From positions 12,710,001 through 12,774,000 of the forward strand of contig NC_086109.1 of NCBI RefSeq assembly GCF_963921235.1: 64,000 nucleotides of DNA, written 5' to 3'. The notes under the pieces are model-generated. The model was not told the DNA's origin, searched no databases, and worked only from the letters and a program-made list of their open reading frames with translations. How positions within the stretch are numbered: position 1 is the stretch's first letter; every line of letters starts with the position of its first letter. Shown here in pieces: positions 12,766 to 24,880 of the stretch. A program made the translations under genes and the position numbers. Source of the DNA: Mobula hypostoma. Taxonomy: Eukaryota.

Positions 12766-13783
12766 TATCTGTTCTGTGCTGACCTCACCCACCCACTTTC
12801 TCACTCTACCCCTCAATCCTGACACCAGTATGAATATTCTATTGTCTCTTAGGTTGGTTATCAACAACATTTTTTTGTGATATTTTCTACAGTTTTTGGA
12901 ATGCTTGTGTATTATTACCTTCTTAATTAATGTTCCAATTGATTTAACTTTGTCATAATTGGAGAATTAAGGCCAATAATATCAAAGAGCTCAATTGTTT
13001 TCTCAAATTCATCAGTTGCTTTTCACTTTCCCTCCAAGAGCTGTACCTTCAGAGAACTGTGTGTTCCTCTTGTGCATCCTCCACTCTCAGAATCCCACTA
13101 CCAATGGCAGTCGCTTCAGCTGCCCAAATCCCACACACTGGACTCAACCCCATGAACTCCTGCAATTCTGTCCTCTTAACTTTTGTTCATTAGAGATACA
13201 TCAGAGTAACAGGTCCTTCAGGTCCACGAGCCACTTAATTACACCCATGTGATCAATTAACCTCCTACAACAAACTATTTAGACTGTAAACCATAAAATA
13301 TTGTAATTTGCCCAAATAATTTTCAAGTTCAGTTTCAACTTCTTCATTTGCTAAACTCTGTGAAACACCTTGGACCAGTTTAGTGTGTTGGTGTTGTGAA
13401 GCAACATGCTGTTGTTGCACATTTGGTAGTGGGTCCTCACTAAGAATCACAGCCACTGAGTCATAAACTGTTATCAAACATTCTGGAAAATTATATTCTA
13501 CAAGCTGAATGAAAGAATCAGGGTTTATTTACAGAGAGGAAACTGAAGGTGTTCTGGTAGATGTCTGCAAGAGTATCAAATTATTTTATAGAGTAGTGAA
13601 TGTGTTTCCACTTACAATTGAGAATAGAACTCTAGCTATAAACATAAGATAATTCTTTTAAAAATCCAGGGACTTAAACCATAGATCAGAAAGCATAGGA
13701 GCCTTCTGCCTGCAACCTTTCGTGCCTCACCTTCCACATTCACCAACCAGACAATAGATCTTGGAATTGATTTATCATTTCAG

Positions 13784-14026
13784 GAAACGGCCGCATTGGA
13801 AGAAAACATCATTTATGCAGATCTACACCATGATCAAAATAATGAGGCAGCTGCCCAGTCAGCTAACAATGAAAATGAAACTGTGTATGCAAACATGAAA
13901 TTTAAAAGGAAGTCACGAGCAGGACACTCTGTTATGGATGAGGACAACACCACCTATGCAGATATCAAATTTCAAAGCCAACCTGCAAAGCCCAGACGGA
14001 AAGCTTTCTCTCCTGGTACTCCATAG
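13784..14026 (+). CDS. Terminal cytoplasmic exon with ITIM/ITSM motifs, inhibitory CD300/MDIR-like receptor
   Basis: Acceptor catttcag|GAA; IIYADL (ITIM), TVYANM and TTYADI (ITSM-like); stop TAG at 14024-14026; matches ORF 13796..14026. Confidence 0.85.
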   Translation, partial: ETAALEENIIYADLHHDQNNEAAAQSANNENETVYANMKFKRKSRAGHSVMDEDNTTYADIKFQSQPAKPRRKAFSPGTP

Positions 14027-14084
14027 GACTCAGAATAAGCTTGACAAAGTCATTATGTGGATTAAGGCAGAAGAGTTATGCTCA

Positions 14085-14300
14085 GAGGCCACTTTATTAT
14101 GTACACCTGTACACCTGCTCGTTAAAGTAAATTCCTAATCAATCACTTGGCGGCAACTTGATGCATGAAAGCATGCATGCTGGCACGTTGCGTATTGAAA
14201 GGTGTTCTGCACACCTCTGTTGTAACGCATGTTTATTTGAGTTACTGTCATCTTCCTGTCAGCTTGAACCAGTCTGGCTAATCTTCTCTATCGGACCTCT
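14085..14300. mobile_element. Tc1-like DNA transposon/MITE relic
   Basis: ccactttattatgtacacctgtac... shared with 34515-34590, 43350-43800 and 55670-56320. Confidence 0.5.
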
Positions 14301-14639
14301 GTTTACTTTCTGATCCTTAGGGTTCTTCCAGGAGTCAGGAATGACATGTAGTCTTAATTCTAACAAACATAGAAATACTAAACAACACACACAAAATGCT
14401 GGAGGAACTCAGCAGACTAAGCAAAGTAAATAAAGTGTGAGAAATTATGCTAGGAGGTAAATGAACGGCAACACACGTGAAGTCAGATAGATGGTGCCGC
14501 TGAAAAAATCCATGACCTTTATAGCTAAGATCAGGAAAATTCCTTCGATAGAAATAAACTAGTTAATAGGCCCCATAATTATAACAATTACCTCTCATGT
14601 GTTACTTGCTAATATTTAGCCAATGAAATGTGAGGAAGG

Positions 14640-14790
14640 TGATAACCCATTAATTTAACTGCTAACAACAGGAATTCTGCAGACGCTGGAAATTCAAGCA
14701 ACATACATCAAAGTTGCTGGTGAACGCAGCAGGCCAAGCAGCATCTATAGGATGAGGCGCAGTCGACGTTTCAGGCCGAGACCCTTCGTC
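14640..14790 (-). mobile_element. Penelope-like terminal-repeat relic
   Basis: Reverse complement of 6495-6620, including gagacccttcgtc and gcagtcgacgtttc. Confidence 0.8.
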
Positions 14791-14899
14791 CTGACGCAGG
14801 GATGCAGTTTAACTGCTATACTGGTTTCTGCCAGTCAGTGGAGATGAACCACCACATACTGTGAAAAATAAGGAAATTTGTTAAAATCTTATTTAAAAA

Positions 14900-15295
14900 A
14901 AGTTTCATGTCAAAATGAAAACAGACCTCTACAAAGTGATCTAAATTAATTACAAATATAAAACATTTAAAAAATTGTTTGCATAGGTATTCACCCCCTT
15001 TAAGTCAGTATTTAGTAGATGCACCTTTGGCAGCAATCACAGTCTTGAGTTTGTGTGGTTAGGTCTATCAGCTTTGCACATCTGGACACTACAATTTTTC
15101 CCCATTCTTCTTTACAAAACTGCTGAAGCTCTGTCAGATTACACAGGGATCGTGAGTGAAAAGTTTTTTTCAAATGCAGCCACAAATTCTCAGTTGGATT
15201 CAGGTCTGGATTCTGACTTGGCCACTCCAGGACATTAGCTTTCTTGTCTTTAAGTCATTCCTGTGTTGATTTGGCTTTATGCTTGGGGTCATTGT
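14900..15295. mobile_element. Tc1-like transposon fragment
   Basis: gtattcaccccctttaagtcagtatttagtagatgcacctttggcagc; second copy at about 48770-48880. Confidence 0.55.
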
Positions 15296-15879
15296 CTTGC
15301 TGGAAAGCAAATCTTTTCCCAAGTCACAGTTCTCTTGTAGACTGCATCAGGTTTTCCTCCAGGATTATTATATCCTTCTATATCCTTTGACCATATTCCT
15401 CACTATCCACAGCATTAACAATTTTGTTTTGTCTACAAAAGTACCTCTATCTCAATGCAAATCATTTATATCTATTACAAGCAACAGAGGTCTAGGCACT
15501 GAACCTTGCAGAGCTCCACTGATCATGGGCCTCTAGTCAGGTAATCACCCCTCCACCACTGGCTCAGTTGCCTATCAACTTCCCAACTTTGTTTCTAACT
15601 TACAAACTCTCTATGGATTCTGTGTTGCTTAATTTTCTTGTCCAGCATAATATGAGGGACCATGTCAAATGCTTTACAAAAGATCATGTCTATAACATCC
15701 TCTGCACTCCCCTCATCAATCATTTTCTTCACTGCCCTGTATTATCCAGGAGTTATGAAATTATAGCGATAATGGTATTAATTAAAAATGGGAACAAAGC
15801 TTCCTGAAATTACGTGTAATCCACTGGTCGTCTAAAGCATTTGAAACCAATCACTGAGTGTGGGACATTCTGATTCTAA

Positions 15880-16290
15880 AGCAACACACACAAAATGCTG
15901 GAGGAACTCAACTAGTCAGGCAGCACCCATGGAAATGAATGAACAGTCAATGTTTGGGTCCGAGACCCTTCATCAGGACTGGAAAGGAAGGGAGAAGAAT
16001 CCAGAATAAAAAGGGTAGGAGGGTGGATAGCTAGAAGGTGATAGACGAAACCAGGTTGGTTGGAATGATAAAGGGCTGGAGAATAAGGAATCTGATAAGA
16101 GGGTAGAGTGGAACATATGAGAAAGTGAAGAGCGAGGGGACCTGGGGGTAGTGATTGACAGGTGAGAAGAGGTTGGCGGCCAGAGGAGGGAATAGAAGAA
16201 AAGGTGAGGAGGAGAAACTGATTTTCATGCCATCAGGTCAGAGGTTAACCAAATGGAAAATAAGCTTTTGCTCCTCCACCCTGAAGATGG
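15880..16290 (-). mobile_element. Penelope-like 3' end relic
   Basis: Reverse complement resembles 6200-6600; contains agtcctgatgaagggtctcggaccc. Confidence 0.7.
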
Positions 16291-16829
16291 CCCCATCTGA
16301 TTATACACTGCTGTAGGGTGAGACAACAGATGAATGCTGATGTTAAATTGTACTTAATGAAACCTTCAGGATAAAATCAAGGGAGCCATTAAGTGGTCGT
16401 CTCCTGTATTAACACAGTGCTAATGCCACATACCTGCTTTTGTATAGTCAAGGGTTCATCGCTCAGCTCTGCAATAAAAGATATATATCTTGGGTGCCTG
16501 GTGTATATGCTCAGAAGCTCCTGGACCAGTCACTAGTCTATTCAGATGTGCTGATCATTTGGGATGTTCTCTCATTGTAAATATGCAATTCTGCAAAAGT
16601 TGCCTGTCTATTTTCAAAAACTAAAGTCAAATGTTAGGTAAAAATAGCTATTAAAATGCATTTAATCACTTATTGTTGTCTTTTTGTTGACAAAGTATAA
16701 AACATCACGGTACTGATGCTTGGAGAGAGCAGAGATAGATTCTCTGGATCTGCTGTGTGGAAGAGGTTCTTTTGTATCTCACATGTTCGGTGTCCATGTG
16801 GCTCAGCTCAGCACTCACAACAATCTCGT

Positions 16830-17580
16830 AGAGTTACAGAGCAATACAGCGTGGATGAAGGCCTTTCGGCCCAGTCTGTCCATGCTGACTGCAGTGCCCA
16901 CCCCAGCTGCTCCCAATTCAGGAAGGGAAATTCAAGTGAACACACATCAGTGCACAGCGAGGGATCAGCAGTGGAAAGGGTGAGCAGTTTCAAGTTCCTC
17001 AGTGTCAACATTTCTGAAGATATATCCTGGGCCCAACATATTGATGCAATTCCAAAGGAGGCACGACAGCAGCATATTTCTTTAGGAGTTTGAGGAGACT
17101 TGGTGTGTCATCAATGATACTCACAGATTTCTGCAGATGTTCTGTGGAGAGCATTCTAACTGATTGCATCACTGCCTGGTGTGCAGGATCTGAGAAATCT
17201 GCAGAAAGATGTGAACTCAGCCAACTCCATCACGGCCACTACCCTGCCCAGCATCGAGGGCACTTTCAGAAGCCGATGATTCAAAAAGGCAGCATCTATC
17301 ATTGAGGACCCCCAATACCCAGGACAGACCCTCTCCTCATTGCTATCATCAAGAAGATGTTACAAAAGCCTGAAAACAAACACCCAAAGTTTCAGAAACA
17401 GTTTCAATCCTTCCACCAGCAGACTTCTAAACGGACAGTGCACTCATGAACATCCCCTCACTATTTTTCCTCTCTGTTTGCATTGCTTATATATAGTATT
17501 ATATGTTTTTTTATTATTATGTATATCAATATACCTCTGATACAAAACAGCCAATTTCGCGACAGATATTAAACGTGATT
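16830..17580 (+). mobile_element. Rex1/Babar-like LINE 3' fragment
   Basis: ORF RRLGVSSMILTDFCRCSVESILTDCITAW, typical of the RT C-terminus of this clade. Confidence 0.7.
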
Positions 17581-17814
17581 CTGATTTTCTGCATTCAGCC
17601 CACATCTCTCGAAACCCTGTCCTTCCATGTACCCACTCAACTGCTTCTTAAATGGTGCTTCTGTACCTGCTTCATCACTTCTTCTGGAAGACTCCACAAC
17701 TCAAACCTCTACTGCCTTGCAGCTGTACCTGCTCATGGGTAAGGCTTGGTGAGTATCCAGGTGTCCCTGTGGCAGTCCTACGTTGAGTTGAATGCTGATT
17801 GGCAACTGCTGTAA

Positions 17815-18385
17815 GGCCACTGGTGCCAAACTGTACTTGGCTCTGCTGTTCCTTTGGAGCATCTCGGATCGCAAGACCCTGCAGCGGATAGTGAGGTCAG
17901 CTGAGAAGATCATCGGGGTCTCTCTTCCCACCGTTACAGACATTTGCACCACACACTGCATCCGCAAAGCAAACAGCATTATGAAGGACCCCACGCACCC
18001 CTCATACAAACTCTTCTCCCTCCTGCCATCTAGCAAAAGGCACTGAAGTATTCGGGCTCTCACGACCAGACTATGTAACAGTTTCTTCCCCCAAGCCATC
18101 AGACTCCTCAATACCCAGAGCTTGGACTGACACCAACCTACTGCCCTCTACAGTGCCTATTGTCTTGTTTATTATTTATTGTAATGCCTGCACTGTTTTG
18201 TGCACTTTATGCAGTCCTGGGTAGGTCTGTAGTCTAGTGTAGTTTTGTGTTGTTTTACATAGTTCAGAGTAGTTCTTGTATTGTTCATGTAGCACCATGG
18301 TCCTGAAAAACGTTGTCTCTTTTTTACTGTTTACTGTACCAGCAGTTATGGTTGAAATGACAATAAAAAGTGACTTGACTTGAAT
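17815..18385 (+). mobile_element. Rex1/Babar-like LINE 3' end
   Basis: ISDRKTLQRIVRSAEKIIGVSLP...DPTHPSYKLFSLLPS; ends aataaaaagtgacttgacttga. Confidence 0.8.
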
Positions 18386-18869
18386 CATCAGCTGCTAGGG
18401 GGGGTGGGGGTTCGTCTGTTACATGGGCAACAGCTTGCTCTCCATATGTACTGACTGGCTTGCTTATCACGTAGACACCTGGGACACAACATCCATGGTC
18501 GAACCTGACAACAAAGGGCCTCTTACTATTTAATTATTGTTTTTCCCCTCAGTTCAAGCTGGTATAACTTGAGGTACAATCAGAGCCAAGCACATTCATT
18601 TCTCAAATGCCAGGAGCTTTCGGATTATTCCACTGGTGTTTAGTAATGTGAGATTTACATAAATATTTGCTGTGTAGATCTAACTGTTTAATGCTATTGT
18701 TTGGTAAATCTGGGAGATACCAGTTGTAGACATTACTACTGGGACAATGTAACATATATCCTGCTCCTGTTCCATAGTTCTTCAATTTTCTCTTTTAATT
18801 CAGTGTATCTTTATTTTTCACTAGTTTGTTTCAATACATTGTGTGTGTTTCGGGTGGCTATATCTTTGA

Positions 18870-19580
18870 AGTTGTTCATGCTTGTTTATACGACAAGGTC
18901 ACTCCTCATATTCCTGCATTCCGAGGAATAAAGATCTAACCTGGTCAACCCGTCCCTATAACTCAGTGCCCTCTAAACCGAACATCACCTTGAAATATCA
19001 TCTCTGCACTGTTTTTAGTTTAACCATGTCTTTCCTCTAGCAGGGTGACTAAAACTGTCCACAGTACTCCAAGTGAGACCTCAACAACGAATTGTACGAC
19101 TGCAACATAAAACCCCTTTTCCTAAGACTGTAAAAGATTCTTCAGGCATGAGGTTCCCTGGGGAAAATGATTGTGTGATTTCCTCTTTCTGTGCCCCTCA
19201 TGATTTTATAATCCTCTATAAGGTCAGTAGTCCTCTACAAGGTCACTGAAGGAAATAATATTTCACCTGAAACTACAACTGGTGACAACTGGAGTCTGGG
19301 GCAGCCACAGACAGCACCGAGATTCTATCCTATCAAAAAATGTCACAACACATTGATCATTGTATGGTCCAACTCAATATCCAACAGTTTCCCCCACTGT
19401 TAATTGACCTTCGAGCTGCTCATCCAATGATTGTAAATATGCTCAAGCTGAACAAATATTTGTTTTCGTTTGAACACGAGAGCCTCCTCTGCATCCTCTC
19501 TAAAACTGCCACGTCCTTCATATAATGAGATGTTTAAAGCTGAACACAATACTCCAGTCTGGTATAACCAGGGTTTTTAT
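18870..19580 (-). mobile_element. Degenerate CR1 fragments
   Basis: cacagtactccaagtgagacctc and cacaatactccagtctggt match the minus-strand CR1 HLEYC region. Confidence 0.45.
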
Positions 19581-20353
19581 AGAGTTGCTACAATACCTAA
19601 TGGCTTTTAAACTCAATAATCTTGATGGTGTTGCTGCCTATCGTTACATATCGTGGTTTGTTGGTCAGGAAGCTAAGGATCCAATGGCAAACGGAGATGC
19701 TGTCCCCCATATCTAGGAGTTTGGAGATGATTGTACTTGGATTATTGTATTGAAAACAGAGCTTTATTCATAAGCAGTCTAACACAGGTGTATTTTACTG
19801 TCTGGATGCCCCAGAGGGGAGTATAGGGGAAGGAAGATGGCCTCCATCATAGATTAGTTTTTGCAGCAGTTGAACTTCAGTGGGTTGAGATTGTCTAGGA
19901 AGCTAACGTTAATGTGTGCCATGACCAGCCTCTCCAAGCACTTCAGAATAGTGAATGTCAGAGCTAACAAGCAAAAGTGGTTAAGGCAAATTACCTTTGG
20001 TACCAGGATGATAGTGCTCATCTTGTAGCAGAAAGGAACCTCAGACAGAGGCAGGACAAAGTAAAAGAATATCTGCCAAATCCCTCACCAATTGATCTGT
20101 ACAGGATCTGAGAACATGGCCAGGTCCACCATCCAGTCCAGATGCTTTCCGTGGGTTGAGTCTCCAGACTGAATTGATATCTGTAACAGTGACTGTGGAA
20201 CCAGGAGCACTGGAGGCTGTCGGGGCAAGTGATGACATTCCAAACCCTTTTTGTTCAAACCATGCTTAGAATGCATAAGGTTCATTGGGAAGGGATGCAA
20301 TGTGATCAAACACACTGCTTCGTTTTGTATCCGATTACAGCATTTAATCATGA

Positions 20354-20972
20354 TGTCACGGTCCTGGCCGTCCCTTCCGTTTATTCCTCATGTTCTCCTA
20401 GTTCTCTTTTCCCCGTGTTTCTCCTGCTGCCCTGTCTGCCGCACGGTGGGCGTGGCGTTCCTTTTGTTCTCCCGAGCTTCCTGATTGCGACACACCTGAA
20501 TCTCATCTAACCTGCAGCATAAATACCCCGGCTTTCCATCCACTCATCGCCAGATCGTTACTTCAGCTATTGTGGCAGTTCACGTTCTAGGCCCCTTAGA
20601 ATTGCGCATTCTATGTTTTGTTTCCGAGCTGTTGCTTGCCTGTGTTAACTCTGTGTCTCCGTGTGAACAGGAGAATTGCATTTCATCCTCCTGCCTACCG
20701 TTCTCCTCCAGCCACGCTCACACCCTTGTCTGCATCCCTGCTCTGCCTCGTTGCACTGCCCGCCTACACTCTCCGCTTGCTCAGTGGTTAAACACCACGC
20801 TTTCACCGCAGTGACCCGGGTTCATCTCCCGGTCAACCCTCGCTCTCTCCTCTGCTTTCCTCGACCTAATCCTCACTCCCCGGCCTTCCCTGCAACCATT
20901 AATAAACACTCTTCAGATTACTCTCCCTCTGTGTGAGTGTCCTGCGTTTGGGTTCACCCGTTCGACGTAACA
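20354..20972 (+). repeat. 5' LTR
   Basis: tgtcacgg...gacgtaaca; TATA-like cataaata at about 20518; aataaa at about 20901; second copy downstream. Confidence 0.85.
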
Positions 20973-20988
20973 GAACAATGTGGCCAAC

Positions 20989-22614
20989 ATGGACCCAGTG
21001 GACGCAAACACCATCCTACAAGCCCCCGCCAGCCAGGGTTCCCTACTGGGACAGCATGACCAACTCCTCCAGAAGGTCATGGAGAACCTCCGTTCTCTGT
21101 CTGTTAACGTCACACAGATCGGGAACCAGGTGGACCGTATCTCCACTCATATCACTCAACACACACCTTGAACCCCACCCAGAGAGCCTCATGTACAAGA
21201 GCTGGAGCACAATGCCGGAGACCTGGGGAAGTGCCGGGGTTTCCGCCTTCAATGCTCCCTGGTGTTTCAGCAGCAGCCGCCGACCTACTCCACAGGTAAG
21301 CCTAAAGTTGCTTATGTCACTGAGTTGCTAAGGGGAAACGCATTAGCATGGGCCACAGAAGTTTGGGACAACCAACCTGATATCTGCTCCTCTTTCACCA
21401 GTTTCATTGCGGAGATGAGAAACGTCTTCAATCACCCAGTCTCGGGTAAAGACGCCACTAAGCGCCTATTCACTCTCCACCAGGGCTCCCACAGTGATGC
21501 TGAATACTCAGTGGAGTTCCGGACATTAGCAGCCGACTCGGGGTGGAACGACGAGTCGCTCCAGGGGGTATTTCTGGGTGGACTTTGTGACCTGGTGAAG
21601 GATGAGTTGGTGGCGAGAGACGATTCCGACAGCCTGGATTCCCTGATCTCCCTGGTCACCAGGTTGGACAATCGCCTCCAGGAACGCCATAGAGAGAGAA
21701 CTGGTCGTCCACCACCTTTGGACACTTCTCAGCTCTTCACCACCTCTCGCCAGAACAAGCCTCTCTCCCCCTCCTGCACCCCGAGTAGCTCCCAGCCCTG
21801 CCGCTTCCACCACCCCGGGAGAGGAACCCACGCAGCTGGGGCAGGCACACCATTCTCCTGCTGAACGTATCCGGAGAATGAGAGCGGGCAAGTGTCTATA
21901 TTGCAGTCAGTCCAGCCACTTCCTTGCCTCCTGTCCATTTCAGCCAAAAGGGAGGGCTCACCAGTCGCAGGGGGGACCCTGGTGAGCCAGACAACCTTCC
22001 CTGTCGTCCCCCGACCCCGGATGCAGCTTCAAGCCACTCTGTGTCATAATCAACAGTCCTTACCTCTGCTAGCACTAGTGGACTCCGGTGCAGAGGGAAA
22101 CTTCCAAGATGAAAACCTAGCCCTCCAAGCCAGTATTTCTCATGAGCCTCTGTGTACCCCTATGGACGCCAATGCGCTAGACGGTAGACTTCTGGCCCGA
22201 GTCACACACTGCACGGAACCCCTGCTTCTCCTTCTCTCCGGAAACCATCGGGAACAGACACGGTTCAATCTAATCCCCTCTCCTCAGGCCCCTTTAGTTC
22301 TCAGCCACCCATGGCTAAACCGTCACAACCCCCACGTCGACTGGCCCACTGGGAAGATAGTCAGCTGGAGCCTGTTCTGCCATTCCTCTTGCCTGCAATC
22401 AGCCCTTCCCCCAGTGGAGGTCACTGCTACCTCGTCCGCCTCCGAGCCCCCTGACTTGTCCACCGTTTCCAGAGAATATCATGATCGTGGAGAGGTGTTT
22501 AGTAAGCAACGGGCCCTTTCTCTGCCTCCACATCACCCTTACGACTGCACGACTGACCTTCTCCCCTCAGTACTCACCAGTCAGCTGTATCGCCTGTCCC
22601 GTCCAGAAATCATG
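20989..22614 (+). pseudogene. Disrupted gag and aspartic protease of the Gypsy element
   Basis: MDPVD..QGSLLGQHDQLL; retrotransposon gag [30 protein letters not shown]; protease LLALVDSGAEGNF; frameshifts and stops present. Confidence 0.88.
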
Positions 22615-23620
22615 TAAGCAAAGTCCAAAGATAAAGCACAAGGTGGTGTAAAGGATCTGAAACGGGTAATTTTGAAACAACTCAGTCATGTTCTAAGGGT
22701 AAAGTGCCAGATCTGCTTTGTAATGAGAAATTAGAAGATAAAGAGATCAAGTCGCCAGCTGCTTTATCCAAGACTAAAACAGATCATGAAGATGAACAAA
22801 GCAGAGACAAGAGTAATAAGCTGAAAAATGTGGCAGAATTGTGGAGGAGGTGGAGATGATCAAAAGTAATGAAATGCAAGAGAATCATAAAATGGAGTAT
22901 GATCAGTCAGAATCTAAAGCTAACTTGCATACAGATATCAAAAATGAAGATACTGTAGAAGGGAAAAAAGATATTGTACATTTCAAGTTAAAGGAATGGC
23001 ATTTGGGAGAAAATGAAACAAATAGTACAGAACAAAAATCTGAAAATACATTCTCAAAGTCTAGTGTAAAAATTTGAAAATGATCAGTCTAATAATGAAG
23101 GAACTGATACAGAAAATTCCCAGTTGCATTTAAAAGAAAGCAGACTGGATACCAAGGAAATTGCATATGCTTCTCCAGGAAACATGGTGCAAATTGAAAA
23201 GTTGATAAAATCTGAAGACAAATGAGAGGAGAGATCTGCTGTCGTGGATGAACCTGTTGAAGCCATACCAGCTCTAACACCAGAGGAGGAAAGTCGAACA
23301 CAATCACAAGAAAAGACCACAAAGGTTGAAGGTAAAGCAAGAAACCTGACCAGTGATGTAAGTAGCCAGAATAAACCAACCACTAGTGCAGCGAAGAAAG
23401 TAAGCTGTCCTGATCACTTGTTTGTAACTGAGTAAAAATGCGTTCACTGACTTCCACAAAAGAGAAACCAACAACTGAACTAAAGTCGGGAAAATCTCCA
23501 GCACCAGTATCAGTTACAAGATCAAGAAATCAACCATCTCCTGTGATTAAACAAGGACGTGAAAAGAGAAGCAAGTCCAAAACGCAAAAGACGACAACAT
23601 AAAACTCAAGCTACCCAGAT
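22615..23620 (+). pseudogene. Decayed K/E/S-rich coding sequence of non-retroelement origin inside the Gypsy element
   Basis: ORF pieces 22841-23077 and 23244-23435 join through a few frameshifts and stops into about 330 codons; flanked directly by pol-derived sequence on both sides. Confidence 0.6.
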
Positions 23621-23761
23621 CCATGCGCATTCGTCCCACATTCCACGTCTCCCAATTGAACCTGTCAGCGCTTTGTGACCTCCTGCTGAACCCCCTTCAC
23701 CTGCCTGGGGTCATCAAAAATCTGGGCAAGCCTGGTGGTTCGCCTGGAGGCTCCTGTTGGC

Positions 23762-23786
23762 GGAGGGGGGGAGGCGGGGGGAGGGG
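23762..23786 (+). promoter_or_regulatory. Polypurine tract of the Gypsy element
   Basis: G-rich purine run immediately 5' of the 3' LTR start (about 23791). Confidence 0.7.
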
Positions 23787-24880
23787 TGTAAGTCAAGGTC
23801 CTGGCCCGTCCCTTCCGTGTACTCCTCATGTTCTCCTAATTCCCTTTTCCCCATGTTTTTGTTTGTTCTCTCTCTCTCATATATCCACTAGTTGCAAAGC
23901 TTAAGCATTAACAACTTTTTTGATATTTTAAGGGAAAGGATATTTTTGCTAGTTTGTCAACTATGTTATGGACAAACTGTGTGCCATTGCAGACTTTGAC
24001 TAAATGCTTTACTTTAGGTAACATACATTTTTAGGCGTTCTTGTGTCTATTCTGCCATATGTACAATGATTTTTCTAAGGTTTTTTAAGAATTTGATATT
24101 TTGCAGATATAAATGTGATATGCTCAGCACTGTTATCAAGGACAGGATTTTTTTTAAATCATAAATCTGCCTTACAGGTCCTTTTGATAGTTTTAAGAGA
24201 TGTTATGCAAAACTCCAACCTGTGTGGATGTACGATATACCTTGAAGGATATCAGAAGCAGCATTTTTGTTAGTTAAAATGTTAAAAAAATCAAGTGTAA
24301 CATAGTTGACAATGAAAGTCACATAGTTGACACAAGTAATGTAGTTGACTGGACATAATTATTAACCATCAGCACAGTGTTTATTTCAAGGCAGAAGTGC
24401 CATTCAATTGAAACTTTCAATTCATAAATACAGAATCCAATGATGATTAATTAAAGGAATACAGAACACAATACATTTTCATTTACTTAAAACAAACACA
24501 TAGTAGAGGAACAAGCTTTTTTGTACAGTGTGAATAAAATATTAACCAGTAACTGGTGAAGGGTTCAAACAAGTGCTTTTAATTCACACATTTAATCAGA
24601 ATTAAATGTGACTAACAAAATTCATACAAAACAGTCAATATACTGTATTTTACATTGACATTTAGAAATTTGACAGACGTGAGGCAAAAAACAAACACTT
24701 AGTAGAAGAACAAGCTTTGGTTTGACTAACTGGTGAATCATAGAAGACAACAGTTTTTTTTAAGTAATGCTTTGTTAAAGTAATGGGTTCAAACAACTGT
24801 GGCAGCAGGGGTCCAAGTGAAGCCTAACCTAAAAATAGTACATTAAATTCAATATTTAACAGAACAGTATTAACTGCAAT

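Noticed and set aside
13039-13200. Possible alternative cytoplasmic exon after ccctccaag
   Set aside because: No recognisable motif, no paralog and no clear donor.
20772-20840. Functional tRNA-Glu gene
   Set aside because: The acceptor stem cannot form and the T loop is altered in this copy; reported as a tRNA-derived cassette instead.
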